From Bdellovibrionota bacterium (GTDB lineage: Bacteria > Bdellovibrionota_C > UBA2361 > OMIW01), in assembly GCA_044345055.1 (NCBI GenBank), contig JBIJBT010000043.1, positions 1 through 22,933 of the forward strand: a DNA stretch of 22,933 bases. Reading direction: 5' to 3'. Of the stretch, positions 1 through 9,070 are shown piece by piece. Below the pieces are notes generated by a model. That model was given only the letters and a program-made list of their open reading frames with translations. It ran no database searches and was not told the origin of the DNA. The position numbers were made by a program, and so were the translations under genes. Positions within the stretch are counted from its first letter, which is position 1. Each line of letters starts with the position of its first letter.

Positions 1-2433
1 CTAAGAGCAAATAATTATCTCACCGCAATTGGATCAACAAAAGGCTCTGCAGTAACCGTTTCCCTCTCAGCAAATACAGACCTAAAGACCGTAGAAGAAT
101 TCCGTCAGCTCGTTGTGTCGCGCCGTGGAGACTCGATTATTCGGCTCTCTGATATCGCCGATGTCATGCTTGGAGCAGAGAACTACGATCAGGAGGTTCG
201 GTTTGATGGAAAGACCGCTACTTTTATGGGGGTATGGGCACTCCCAACGGCGAACTCTCTCGATGTCGTCGCTGGTATTCGGGCTGTTCTTCCAGAGATC
301 GAGAAGGCTCTTCCTGCTGGAATGAAACTCGCTATCCCGTACGACTCAACGATCTATATTCGGGACGCAATCAACGATGTTATCCGTACTCTAATTGAAA
401 CAATCGCGATCGTAATCGTTGTTATCTTCCTATTTATTGGATCAATTCGCTCAGTCATCGTTCCGGTTGTCGCAATTCCGCTCTCTCTCGTGGGCGCCAT
501 TGGGCTGATGTACCTCTTTGGATTTTCGATCAACCTTCTCACACTCCTTGCGATTGTGCTCTCGGTCGGTATCGTCGTCGATGATGCTATCGTAATGCTT
601 GAAAATGTGGAGCGGCACATCCGAGAGGGAGAATCCCCCATTTCCGCCGCTATTAAAGGGGCCCGCGAGCTTATTGGGCCGACTATTGCAATGACCCTTA
701 CTCTTGCAACGGTGTATGCTCCTATAGGCCTTCAGGGAGGATTGACCGGAACTCTTTTTCGGGAGTTCGCCTTTACCCTCGCAGGAGCAGTGGTCATTTC
801 CGGTGTCGTAGCCCTCACCTTGTCACCAATGATGTCGTCGCTCCTTCTCACTGACACCGCTCATGAATCTCCCCTTGCGCAGCGGATAAATCGCGGATTT
901 GAGGCAGTTCGGGGCGTCTATCTTCGCCTCCTTGATTACATTCTCGAGGTGCGTGTGACAGCAGTAGTATTAGGAATTATAGTAATTCTTCTTATTCCAA
1001 TCTTTTTTGCGATGTCAGGGAAAGAGCTTGCTCCACTTGAAGACCAAGGAGTTGTATTTGGAATTGTTCAGGCATCGCCGAACGCGACGATTGAACAAAC
1101 AACCCCTGCAGTACGACGTGTTTATGAGGCTTACAAACAGTTCCCTGAATATAATGTGAGCTTTCAATTTACGAGCCCTACCAACGGTTTTTCAGGCATG
1201 CGGCTCAAACCTTCGAGTGAGCGTACCCGAACATCCCAGCAGATACAGGAGCAGCTTTTCCCAATTTTCGGCATGATACCCGGTATTCGGGTCATTGCGA
1301 CAACACCTCCAGCACTTCCGGGCGGTGGGCAGTTTCCAGTTGAATTTGTAATCTCATCGACCGATGAGCCACGGCAGATCTACGATTACGCAAATCAAAT
1401 AATCGCTGGCGCGATGGCTTCTAAAACTTTTATGTTCCTGGATTCAGATCTCAAATATGACAAGCCACGAACTACAATTGAAATAGATCGTGATAAAGTT
1501 GCCCTGATGGGGCTCAATCTTCAACAGATCGGGAGAGATCTATCCGTCATGTTGGGAGGAAACTACGCCAATCGATTTGCCGTACAGGGAAGAAGCTATA
1601 AAGTCATTCCACAGGTCGATCGGATACATCGATTAACCCCCGATCAACTCCTTGCCATCTATGTGCCCGGTCCCGATAGTCGCTCAATACCCCTTGCCAG
1701 TATCGCAACTCTTGAAAACTCTGTTCAGCCACGTCAACTCAATCGATTTCAACAGCTAAACTCAGCAAAAATACAGGGTGCCTTTATTCCCCGGCCAGAC
1801 CTGACGCTTGACAAAGCACTCAATGTTTTGGAGGCCGAGGCGAAAAAAGTTTTACCACGATCATACGTTGTTGATTACGCCGGAGAGGCGCGTCAGTTAC
1901 GGGGCGAGGGAAACACCCTTGTTACGACCCTTATACTTTCCATTATCCTTATTTATCTTGTTCTTGCTGCGCAGTTTGAGAGTTTTCGCGATCCACTGAT
2001 TATTCTTCTTGGTTCGGTTCCGCTCGCTCTTTCGGGAGCACTCGCGTTTCCCTTCCTTGAATTCACAACCATAAATATTTACTCACAGGTTGGTCTGGTA
2101 ACTCTGGTTGGATTAGTCGCAAAAAACGGAATTCTTATCGTCGAGTTTGCAAATGCGCGCAAAGATGAGGGTGTCGAGAAACTTGCCGCCATTCGCGCCG
2201 CAGCAGCAACACGGCTACGGCCAATTCTGATGACCTCAATTGCAACAATTGTTGGCCATTTCCCACTGGTGCTAGCTTCGGGTGCGGGAGCGTCCGCTCG
2301 CAATAGTATCGGTATCGTTTTAGTAACAGGAATGGCGATCGGGACGATCTTTACGCTATTTCTCGTGCCGTGTCTCTATGCGATAGTCTCTTCGGAAAAG
2401 CGTAATGTTGCAAACCAAATGGAGCTCTCTTAA
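1..2433 (+). CDS. RND efflux transporter permease subunit (AcrB/MexW/MexI-like), 5'-truncated by the window edge
   Basis: The frame is open from base 1 (LRANNYLTAIGSTKG...), so the 115 start is not the real one. It shows the HAE1 proton-relay motifs VVDDAIVMLEN (TM4), AKNGILIVEFAN (TM10) and RLRPILMT (TM11), plus GFSINLLTL and LAAQFESFRDP. Confidence 0.96.
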   Translation, partial: LRANNYLTAIGSTKGSAVTVSLSANTDLKTVEEFRQLVVSRRGDSIIRLSDIADVMLGAENYDQEVRFDGKTATFMGVWALPTANSLDVVAGIRAVLPEIEKALPAGMKLAIPYDSTIYIRDAINDVIRTLIETIAIVIVVIFLFIGSIRSVIVPVVAIPLSLVGAIGLMYLFGFSINLLTLLAIVLSVGIVVDDAIVMLENVERHIREGESPISAAIKGARELIGPTIAMTLTLATVYAPIGLQGGLTGTLFREFAFTLAGAVVISGVVALTLSPMMSSLLLTDTAHESPLAQRINRGFEAVRGVYLRLLDYILEVRVTAVVLGIIVILLIPIFFAMSGKELAPLEDQGVVFGIVQASPNATIEQTTPAVRRVYEAYKQFPEYNVSFQFTSPTNGFSGMRLKPSSERTRTSQQIQEQLFPIFGMIPGIRVIATTPPALPGGGQFPVEFVISSTDEPRQIYDYANQIIAGAMASKTFMFLDSDLKYDKPRTTIEIDRDKVALMGLNLQQIGRDLSVMLGGNYANRFAVQGRSYKVIPQVDRIHRLTPDQLLAIYVPGPDSRSIPLASIATLENSVQPRQLNRFQQLNSAKIQGAFIPRPDLTLDKALNVLEAEAKKVLPRSYVVDYAGEARQLRGEGNTLVTTLILSIILIYLVLAAQFESFRDPLIILLGSVPLALSGALAFPFLEFTTINIYSQVGLVTLVGLVAKNGILIVEFANARKDEGVEKLAAIRAAAATRLRPILMTSIATIVGHFPLVLASGAGASARNSIGIVLVTGMAIGTIFTLFLVPCLYAIVSSEKRNVANQMELS

Positions 2434-3806
2434 TGATTACATCTGCAACTACATCTTCATCAGCTCACTTACTATTTTTTCTAAAACGAGCGAGCACCTC
2501 CTTCTTCCCGTTTTTTAGTCTAATTGCCCTTTCTCTTTGCGCAGATTCATCTCTAGCAGACTCTTCACCGGAATCCACTCCAACACCAAAAGTAATTGAG
2601 TATAACCTAGATGCAGCTATCAAGCGGGCTCTCGCGGAGAACTTTCAGGTCACTGAGGCACAAAAAGAGCTCGAAAAACAGCAGAGTTTAGTCACCAATA
2701 TCCGTGGAAAGGTGTTGCCTCAACTTGGAGCAACGGGTGCCTACAATAAGACCGATACCGGGCTTATCCCTTCGGTTGGAGGACGAGCGTTTGGTAATGC
2801 GACTACATGGAATGGTGGAGTCGAGCTTTCACAATCGCTATTTTCAGGTGGGTCTGGCATCAATAGCCTAAGAAAGCAACAGCTTCTTGCTGATGCTGCC
2901 GCACTTGGCGTGAGTGCGATCCAGCAAGCGGTTATTTACCAAACAAAAAAGGCATTTTTTGATGTTCTTCTTGCTCGCAGAACTATCGAGGTTCAGGAGC
3001 AGCTCGTGCGGCTGCGCGAGGAGACTCTAAGTTCGGAGCGAAATAAATTCGAGGCGGGCACGATCTCAAACTTTGAGGTTCTTCGTGCAGAGGTTGCGCT
3101 CGCAAATAGCCGCACTCCACTCATTCAGGCCAAGAACGGCCTAAATATTTCAGAGGAAGAGCTAAAGCGTGTTCTTGCGCTTTCAGAGAGCTCCATAAAA
3201 ATTGCAGGCAACCTAGATAAGGATACTCTTCCCCTAACCACCATCGATGAAGCTCGCGCCGTCGCGATGAAACATCGCCCAGATCTTCAGCAACTCTCCC
3301 TCCTTGTCGAGGCTCAGGAGCGAGGAGTAAATGTGCAACTCGCAGAATATCTACCTAAAATTACCGCTTACTCGAACTATACCTACCGTAATAATCCATT
3401 TGGCGAGAGCGGCACTCTAGATGGCTGGCAAGTTGGTGTTCGTGGCACCTGGAACATATTTGATAGCTTTGCCCGAGAAGGTGCCGTTAATGCAGCACGA
3501 ACCGATCAGAAGCTGGCCCAGATTGATCATGAACGACTTTCTCAAGATATCGCTGTAGAGGTGAGTCAGGCGATGCTATCATGGGCCGAAGCTCAACAGC
3601 TCCTCGAGGCCTCTCAACAGGTCGTCACGCAAGCCGCCGAAAGTGAGCGACTAGCCCGCGCCCGCCTGGATGTAGGCGCAGCCACTCAACTCGATCTCCT
3701 CGATTCTCAGGTTCAACTAACAGAGGCCCGAACCAACGAGATAAAAGCTCTCCACAAACTTAATGTCACAAAGGCAGCCATCGAGCGAGCGGTTGGAGGA
3801 TTTTAA
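2433..3806 (+). CDS. TolC-family outer membrane efflux protein
   Basis: N-terminal hydrophobic signal-like segment. Two OEP repeats (LPQLGATGAY...ELSQSLFSGG; YLPKITAYSNY...WNIFDSF; FEAGTISNFEVLRAE / LDVGAATQLDLLDSQ). TAATG stop/start overlap with the RND gene at 2431-2435. Confidence 0.93.
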   Translation: MITSATTSSSAHLLFFLKRASTSFFPFFSLIALSLCADSSLADSSPESTPTPKVIEYNLDAAIKRALAENFQVTEAQKELEKQQSLVTNIRGKVLPQLGATGAYNKTDTGLIPSVGGRAFGNATTWNGGVELSQSLFSGGSGINSLRKQQLLADAAALGVSAIQQAVIYQTKKAFFDVLLARRTIEVQEQLVRLREETLSSERNKFEAGTISNFEVLRAEVALANSRTPLIQAKNGLNISEEELKRVLALSESSIKIAGNLDKDTLPLTTIDEARAVAMKHRPDLQQLSLLVEAQERGVNVQLAEYLPKITAYSNYTYRNNPFGESGTLDGWQVGVRGTWNIFDSFAREGAVNAARTDQKLAQIDHERLSQDIAVEVSQAMLSWAEAQQLLEASQQVVTQAAESERLARARLDVGAATQLDLLDSQVQLTEARTNEIKALHKLNVTKAAIERAVGGF

Positions 3807-3848
3807 CCGCCCTACTGCTCGGTAAGTCGAAACTCTGAAGATATTGCT

Positions 3849-3971
3849 CAAGGTTCTGATTAAGTGAAAATAATCTTGGCTAGATTTTCCCCGTACATTA
3901 CAACTATTTCGAAGTAAAAGTCCGGGGCGAACTAAGACTAATTTACTTCGAACCTATATCTTAGAACCTTG
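3849..3971. other. Nested inverted-repeat element (possible structured RNA or palindromic element)
   Basis: CAAGGTTCTGA (3849-3859) pairs with TTAGAACCTTG (3961-3971). TTCGAAGTAAA (3908-3918) pairs perfectly with TTTACTTCGAA (3942-3952), with inner AGTC/GACT. A small side hairpin lies at 3866-3889. Confidence 0.5.
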
Positions 3972-4014
3972 GATTGCATTTAGTGCTCCTACCTAGCGCA
4001 ATGCCCCATTTGCG

Positions 4015-4042
4015 TTGCTCAGACAGACCATAAGTGTATACT
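4015..4042 (+). promoter_or_regulatory. Putative sigma70 promoter for the wzm-wzt operon
   Basis: TTGCTC (4015-4020), 16-nt spacer, TATACT (4037-4042), 32 nt before the ATG at 4075. Consensus match only. Confidence 0.35.
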
Positions 4043-4074
4043 ACGGAGCCATCCATGACCTTACGTCTCAGATT

Positions 4075-4893
4075 ATGAATCAATTCCCAATTTCAATTGT
4101 TTATCTCGTTAGAAGCCTTATTTCTCACCGAAGATTGATGCTCGAGTTAATTCGTAGGGAAGTATCCGTACGCTACAAGGGATCTATTCTTGGGGGGTTT
4201 TGGTCATTCATAACCCCTTTGTTGATGATGGCAGTCTACACGTTCGTTTTTAGTGTAGTTTTTAAGGCTCGTTGGTCGGTCGATCCTCAATCAAAATCCG
4301 AATTTGCACTGATCCTTTTTGCGGGCCTGATGGTATTTAACCTTTTTGCCGAATCGATAACCAGAGCGCCATCTTTAATTCAGTCGTCAGCTAACTACGT
4401 GAAAAAGGTTGTATTTCCTCTAGAAGTTTTGCCGGTAGTATCTCTTGGGGCCTCGATTTTTCATCTAGTAATAAATTTGTTGGTGTGGTTACTTTTTTAT
4501 ATCGGCTTCATCGGGTACCCACCGATCACCGCATTTTTTTTCATTCCAGCTATCCTACCTCTTATCTTCTTTTCTCTCGGTGTGACCTGGCTTCTCGCTT
4601 CTCTCGGAGTCTACCTGAGGGATATTGTGCAGGTAATTGGTGTGGTTACCAGTATTCTTCTTTTCATGTCTCCTATCTTCTACCCTCTATCGGCACTCCC
4701 CCCAAATTTGCAGCCGTGGCTCCTACTTAGTCCTATAACCCAAGTAGTTGAGTGCACTCGAGGAGCGCTTCTCTGGGGAACTCTCCCTGATGCGAGGTGG
4801 TACCTTGCCTACCTATCCGGAAGCCTGATTGTTGCTTGGTTGGGATTTGCTTGGTTTCAAAAAACAAGAAAGGGGTTTGCCGATGTCATCTAG
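4075..4893 (+). CDS. wzm: ABC-2 polysaccharide export permease Wzm
   Basis: RREVSVRYKGSILGGFWSFITPLLM, NYVKKVVFPLEVLP, YLRDIVQ, FMSPIFYP and the C-terminal GFADVI are typical Wzm motifs. The ATG at 4075 is preferred over the TTG at 4015. Confidence 0.95.
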   Translation: MNQFPISIVYLVRSLISHRRLMLELIRREVSVRYKGSILGGFWSFITPLLMMAVYTFVFSVVFKARWSVDPQSKSEFALILFAGLMVFNLFAESITRAPSLIQSSANYVKKVVFPLEVLPVVSLGASIFHLVINLLVWLLFYIGFIGYPPITAFFFIPAILPLIFFSLGVTWLLASLGVYLRDIVQVIGVVTSILLFMSPIFYPLSALPPNLQPWLLLSPITQVVECTRGALLWGTLPDARWYLAYLSGSLIVAWLGFAWFQKTRKGFADVI

Positions 4894-6271
4894 TGCCGTC
4901 ATATCCGTTAACAATGTCAGTAAATTTTATCAGCTCTACAGTTCTCCATCAGACCGACTAAAACAGTTTATTTTTCCAAAGTTAAGGCGTTTTTTTGGCG
5001 CCGACCCAAACCACTACTATCGCGAATTCTGGGCGTTACGGGACATTAGCTTTGAGGTGAACAAGGGAGAAGCTGTAGGGATCCTCGGCAGAAACGGCTC
5101 AGGCAAGAGTACACTACTCCAAATAATCACGGGGACTCTTTTTCCGAGCAGTGGTTCCGTAGAGACAAACGGACGAGTAGCGGCATTGCTAGAATTAGGA
5201 TCAGGTTTTAATCCCGAATTTAGCGGATGTGAAAATGTGTACCTGAACGGAGCTCTTTTAGGTCTATCACGAGAGGAAATTGACTCGAAGTTTGATGCGA
5301 TTGCCTCATTTGCCGATATTGGGTCGCATCTTGATCAACCAGTTAAAACATATTCGAGTGGGATGCTGGTTCGACTTGCGTTCTCAGTTCAAGTTCTTCT
5401 TGACCCCGATATTTTAATCGTTGACGAGGCTCTTGCCGTTGGGGACGCTATTTTCCAAAAAAGATGCTTTCAGCGATTGCGTCAAATGATAGACCGAGGG
5501 GTCACTTTACTGTTTGTATCTCATGATCAAGAGAGCGTTCGAACACTCACTAATAGAGCTATCCTTCTTAGAGAAGGTCGGATGGTTGCTTACGGCAGCA
5601 GTCCGAGCGTAGTGCTCGAATATCGTCGCCAGAATCATGAGGATGAATGCGCCTATCTTGCCTCATTCGTAGAAGGGCTGAACACCCGCGAGGTCTCTGG
5701 CTCAAACGAATCGGCTAAAGCCGTTCAAGCACACCCTGCTCTTCCCATTTCTACGCAGACTACAAGTCCATCACCAGCAGAGCTTCAACAGTTTGGAGGC
5801 CGAGGAATTTCAATCACAAAGATCGAGGTTTTGGACCAAAATGAGGAAAAATGCTCTGTTTTTCATCCCGGCGATAAGATAAAAATCCGGGTTTATTGCA
5901 AATCGCATATCAATACTCAGCGGATAAATGTTTCAATCAGAATTAGAAACAAAGAAGGGATTAAAATATTTTCTTGGGGCACACTGAATCAAGATATGAG
6001 GATACTAGCAAACGGAGGGCAAGAAGATCTCTTCTGGAAGAAGCAAATTGTACCTGAAGAGGACTTTGGTATAACACTTCAGTGCGAATGCTCTCTAGGC
6101 GCTAATTTGTATGAAGTTCAGGCGTGTGTTTCTTACGAAGAGACACCTGATTACATGAACCAATCTATCCTTCATTGGATTGATGAAGCAGCTTTCTTTC
6201 AGGTTGTTATCCGGCGAGACGAGAATTTTTTCGGCGGAGTAGTTGACCTCAACATGTCAGCTATCTGGTAA
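4883..6271 (+). CDS. wzt: ABC polysaccharide export ATPase Wzt with C-terminal carbohydrate-binding (Wzt_C) domain
   Basis: Walker A GRNGSGKST, signature YSSGM, Walker B ILIVDE, H-loop VSHD. A ~150-aa beta-rich C-terminal extension (FGG..ITKIEVLD...GDKIKIRV...GVVDLN). The ATG at 4883 (MSS...) overlaps the wzm end by 11 nt. Confidence 0.95.
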   Translation: MSSSAVISVNNVSKFYQLYSSPSDRLKQFIFPKLRRFFGADPNHYYREFWALRDISFEVNKGEAVGILGRNGSGKSTLLQIITGTLFPSSGSVETNGRVAALLELGSGFNPEFSGCENVYLNGALLGLSREEIDSKFDAIASFADIGSHLDQPVKTYSSGMLVRLAFSVQVLLDPDILIVDEALAVGDAIFQKRCFQRLRQMIDRGVTLLFVSHDQESVRTLTNRAILLREGRMVAYGSSPSVVLEYRRQNHEDECAYLASFVEGLNTREVSGSNESAKAVQAHPALPISTQTTSPSPAELQQFGGRGISITKIEVLDQNEEKCSVFHPGDKIKIRVYCKSHINTQRINVSIRIRNKEGIKIFSWGTLNQDMRILANGGQEDLFWKKQIVPEEDFGITLQCECSLGANLYEVQACVSYEETPDYMNQSILHWIDEAAFFQVVIRRDENFFGGVVDLNMSAIW

Positions 6272-6288
6272 TTGTCCGGGGGAATCGA

Positions 6289-9027
6289 GTGGTTACAAAG
6301 TCGCAAAATTTCAGATTATTTGATGAGTATTGGCTTGAACCGGGAAAGTGCGATACGTTTTTACCCGAGCATCGCCTATTTGCAAAAACGGTAATGCTAC
6401 TCTGCGGCATTTCTTCAGTCCTTGATGTGGGCTCCGGCAACGGTGGGCTGGTTAGAGAGCTCCTTCTAGCGGGAGTCGATGCCCATGGCGTCGACGTCTC
6501 CAAGGTTGCTGTAGAATACGCAAACTCACGAATGCCCGAACGCTTTACTCTCGGCTGCGCGACAGCTCTTCCTGTCGAAGACCTTAGTGTCTCAACCGTC
6601 ATAGCCTCACTAATATGCGAGTATTTGCGGCCGGAGGAAATCTCTCTGGCATTAGCCCAATTTTATCGGGTTTCTCGCCGATACTTAATTCTTCGAATCC
6701 AAACAAAACGTGCGGATGCACAGTCGCTTAGTCATATTGAACGAGACAGGGCATGGTGGGAAACGGAATGCCTGAAAGCAGGATTTCGTAAACATCCTCT
6801 CTACTATCAGTTAAATCGATATGAGGACCTCAATCAGGATGGCGCAATAATATCCATACCGCTTGAAAAAATTCCACCTAGAGCATTAGAGCTCTATCCA
6901 CTTTCAGTTCTTGCTGAAGAGCGAAATCTTCATATGGATATGACCCGCGAAGTCGGGGAGCGTTCTGATGCTCATATAATTCGATATGAATGGGCGTCCA
7001 ATTACATTCGTTCGGGTGATACAGTACTCGATGCGGCCTGCGGACTTGGTTATGGTAGCTATCTTATTCGACAAAAAGGGGCCTCTACGTCAGTAGTGGG
7101 AGTGGACAGCAGTGAATACGCAGTTGATTACGCTCAAGCTAATTTTGGCGAGCTCGATCCTGCCCTAAAATTTAAACAAGGCTATCTACCTGAGTGTCTA
7201 TCAGACTATCCAGATGGTAGTTTTGACACGATCATTTCATTCGAAACGCTCGAACACGTAGAGGACCCTGAAGCGCTGCTACGCGAATTTAAAAGACTTC
7301 TCTCTCCGGGTGGTCGAGTTATAGTAAGCGTTCCAAATGACTGGACTGATGATACCGGGAAAGATCCGAATCCATACCATCTGCACGTATACTCCTTTGA
7401 AAAGCTGCACAACCAAATTTCAAGGGACTTTTTAGTCGAAGATATTTACCAGCAGATTGCGAGTGGATGCAAAATTAAGGACGACAATAATCATTGGCAA
7501 CGTCGACCTCGCACTTTAAGGCCAATTTCGACAGATGCCCTAAAGTATCCTGATAGTGAATGGTGTCTAATGGTCGGATTAAAAGACCCAGTTGGCACAT
7601 CTCAACCTTACAAAGAAAGCTTCTACAGATACTCTGACGGACCAAAACATCTTCTTCAATTCAACCGAGATTATAGCAATCCTTGGCTCGTTCGGACTTT
7701 GGTTGAATTTCCAACGCGAGCGAAAAATCCTCTATTGCTGGGAGATATTGCAGAACGTGTCCTCAAAGATTCAGCTTATAAAGATCATCCAGATGAAGCT
7801 GCTGCTCTTTGCGTCATAGGCTATCAAGTTTTAAAAAATCCATCAGTTTCTGCCAAATCTGTTAGAGATATCATAGACCGCATGAGACCTCACGTAGAGA
7901 GATTAGAGGCTAGCGGTCATAATCGACGATGGCAAATATCGCTCGCTTATCTTTCGGGGCAATTATATCTAAAAATTGGGGATCGAATCTCTGCGTTACA
8001 AACTCTCGAAATTGTTGCGAGTAGTTCAATCGATAATTTTAATGCGAGCTTGGGAACTAAAATTATTGACGCAGCCTACGAGGTTGGAATCTTACATTTT
8101 ACCCACGGGAAATTCGACCTAGCTCGCCATTGGTGGCAAATAACGGTGGAGAGAGCGTTTGAGTTATTAAGGATACCTCTGGAGGAGTTTGTTGGCCAAA
8201 GGGACAATCCCCTCGTATTTCCAACTATTTGTGGCGTTGAATTCCTTGATTCTGCTGTTAGAGCTTTGAGGGCGTTGCGACATACTGCTCCATCAGAGCC
8301 ATGGATTCAGGACCGCCTCTATGGAGAAGCACGGCAAAATTGGAAATGGATGATTGATGAGCGTGCTGAAGCTCTCAAAGCGACTGACGAACTTGTACGA
8401 TCAAAAGACTCTCTGATTCGAGAGATGTCGGCCATTATGGCCGATAAGGAGCGATTGTTGGCTGATTTCCAAGCAGCCGTTGAGGGGAAAGATAATCGTA
8501 TTGTCGATACTGAAAAACTCGTTGACAGTAAAGATGCTTTGATTAGAAAAACTGAAGAGCTTGTGGACAAGAAGGATGCTGTCATAGGCGAATTAGAAGA
8601 TCTGATTGAGGTGAAAAATCGTTGTATCCGAGATACCGAGGCTCTCGTTGATAGTAAGGACCAACTCCTTAAGCAAATGGACGAGCTTCTACGGGCCAAG
8701 GATGCACGTATCCGAGATACCGAGGCTCTCGTAATTAACAAGGATGAGCTTATTCGAGATACTGAAATGCGTCTGGATGCAACGCGAACCTCATTAAATG
8801 ATGCTTACGCCGAACTTCACGGTGTGATTGCGAAGTGCGAACGTCTAGAAACATCTTTGACTGAGAGCAGAGCTCTAAAAGATTTGTCAGACCAAAAATC
8901 CGACCAGATAGATCTTTTTAACCGATATCAGAAATTACTCACGCTTTGCGAAAAAGGTCGCTCATTGAAAGAGCTTGGACCTGTGGGGTCGGTAAAAAAA
9001 TTACTCAGAAAAGCTTACCGAGGGTAG
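6289..9027 (+). CDS. Double class I SAM-dependent methyltransferase + helical domain + long coiled coil (WbdD-like glycan chain terminator/ruler candidate)
   Basis: Two SAM-binding motif sets: VLDVGSGNG...GVDVS and VLDAACGLGYG...GVDSS...ISFETLEH...LSPGG. TPR-like helical middle. 14-aa periodic coiled coil at aa 700-825. Basic amphipathic C-terminus (GPVGSVKKLLRKAYRG). GTG start 17 nt after wzt, preceded by a G-rich SD-like sequence. Confidence 0.85.
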   Translation: MVTKSQNFRLFDEYWLEPGKCDTFLPEHRLFAKTVMLLCGISSVLDVGSGNGGLVRELLLAGVDAHGVDVSKVAVEYANSRMPERFTLGCATALPVEDLSVSTVIASLICEYLRPEEISLALAQFYRVSRRYLILRIQTKRADAQSLSHIERDRAWWETECLKAGFRKHPLYYQLNRYEDLNQDGAIISIPLEKIPPRALELYPLSVLAEERNLHMDMTREVGERSDAHIIRYEWASNYIRSGDTVLDAACGLGYGSYLIRQKGASTSVVGVDSSEYAVDYAQANFGELDPALKFKQGYLPECLSDYPDGSFDTIISFETLEHVEDPEALLREFKRLLSPGGRVIVSVPNDWTDDTGKDPNPYHLHVYSFEKLHNQISRDFLVEDIYQQIASGCKIKDDNNHWQRRPRTLRPISTDALKYPDSEWCLMVGLKDPVGTSQPYKESFYRYSDGPKHLLQFNRDYSNPWLVRTLVEFPTRAKNPLLLGDIAERVLKDSAYKDHPDEAAALCVIGYQVLKNPSVSAKSVRDIIDRMRPHVERLEASGHNRRWQISLAYLSGQLYLKIGDRISALQTLEIVASSSIDNFNASLGTKIIDAAYEVGILHFTHGKFDLARHWWQITVERAFELLRIPLEEFVGQRDNPLVFPTICGVEFLDSAVRALRALRHTAPSEPWIQDRLYGEARQNWKWMIDERAEALKATDELVRSKDSLIREMSAIMADKERLLADFQAAVEGKDNRIVDTEKLVDSKDALIRKTEELVDKKDAVIGELEDLIEVKNRCIRDTEALVDSKDQLLKQMDELLRAKDARIRDTEALVINKDELIRDTEMRLDATRTSLNDAYAELHGVIAKCERLETSLTESRALKDLSDQKSDQIDLFNRYQKLLTLCEKGRSLKELGPVGSVKKLLRKAYRG
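8386..8763 (+). repeat. Nine in-frame 42-nt (14-aa) coiled-coil repeats
   Basis: DELVRSKDSLIREM / SAIMADKERLLADF / QAAVEGKDNRIVDT / EKLVDSKDALIRKT / EELVDKKDAVIGEL / EDLIEVKNRCIRDT / EALVDSKDQLLKQM / DELLRAKDARIRDT / EALVINKDELIRDT. Exact 25-nt repeat GTATCCGAGATACCGAGGCTCTCGT at 8624-8648 and 8708-8732. Confidence 0.9.
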
Positions 9028-9070
9028 TAGGCGCTCGAAAGAAAGGGCTCGAATGGTTGATAGAATTTTA

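Noticed and set aside
115..117. ORF-track start for the RND gene
   Set aside because: The frame is open from base 1 and RND permeases are about 1000+ aa; the true start lies outside the window.
3789..3810. GCGGTT...AACCGC hairpin over the tolC stop codon as a terminator
   Set aside because: Short stem, overlaps the CDS, and no U-tract.
3849..3971. Assignment of the nested hairpin as 6S RNA, tRNA or a known riboswitch
   Set aside because: Length and asymmetry do not fit 6S, there is no cloverleaf or T-loop, and no aptamer consensus was recognised; kept only as an unassigned structure.
3807..4074. JUMPStart/ops (GGCGGTAG) element ahead of the polysaccharide operon
   Set aside because: No such octamer was seen here or in the 12542-12817 gap.
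4829..4882. Longer TTG-initiated N-terminus for wzt (likewise 4015 for wzm, 18813 for the GT-C and 22353 for the S8)
   Set aside because: Downstream ATGs give family-typical N-termini and, for wzt and S8, better SD or coupling context.
2433..6271. TolC acting with the adjacent ABC transporter as a type I secretion or capsule export system
   Set aside because: TolC is translationally coupled to the RND gene, the ABC pair is clearly Wzm/Wzt, and there is no adaptor (HlyD/KpsE) gene in the window.
8624..8732. 25-nt direct repeat pair as a possible CRISPR or att site
   Set aside because: Only two copies, in frame within a coding repeat, the intervening sequence is itself a degenerate repeat, and there is no cas or integrase gene.
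8319..8741. 140-aa Ser-rich ORF on -
   Set aside because: Antisense shadow of the coiled-coil repeat region.
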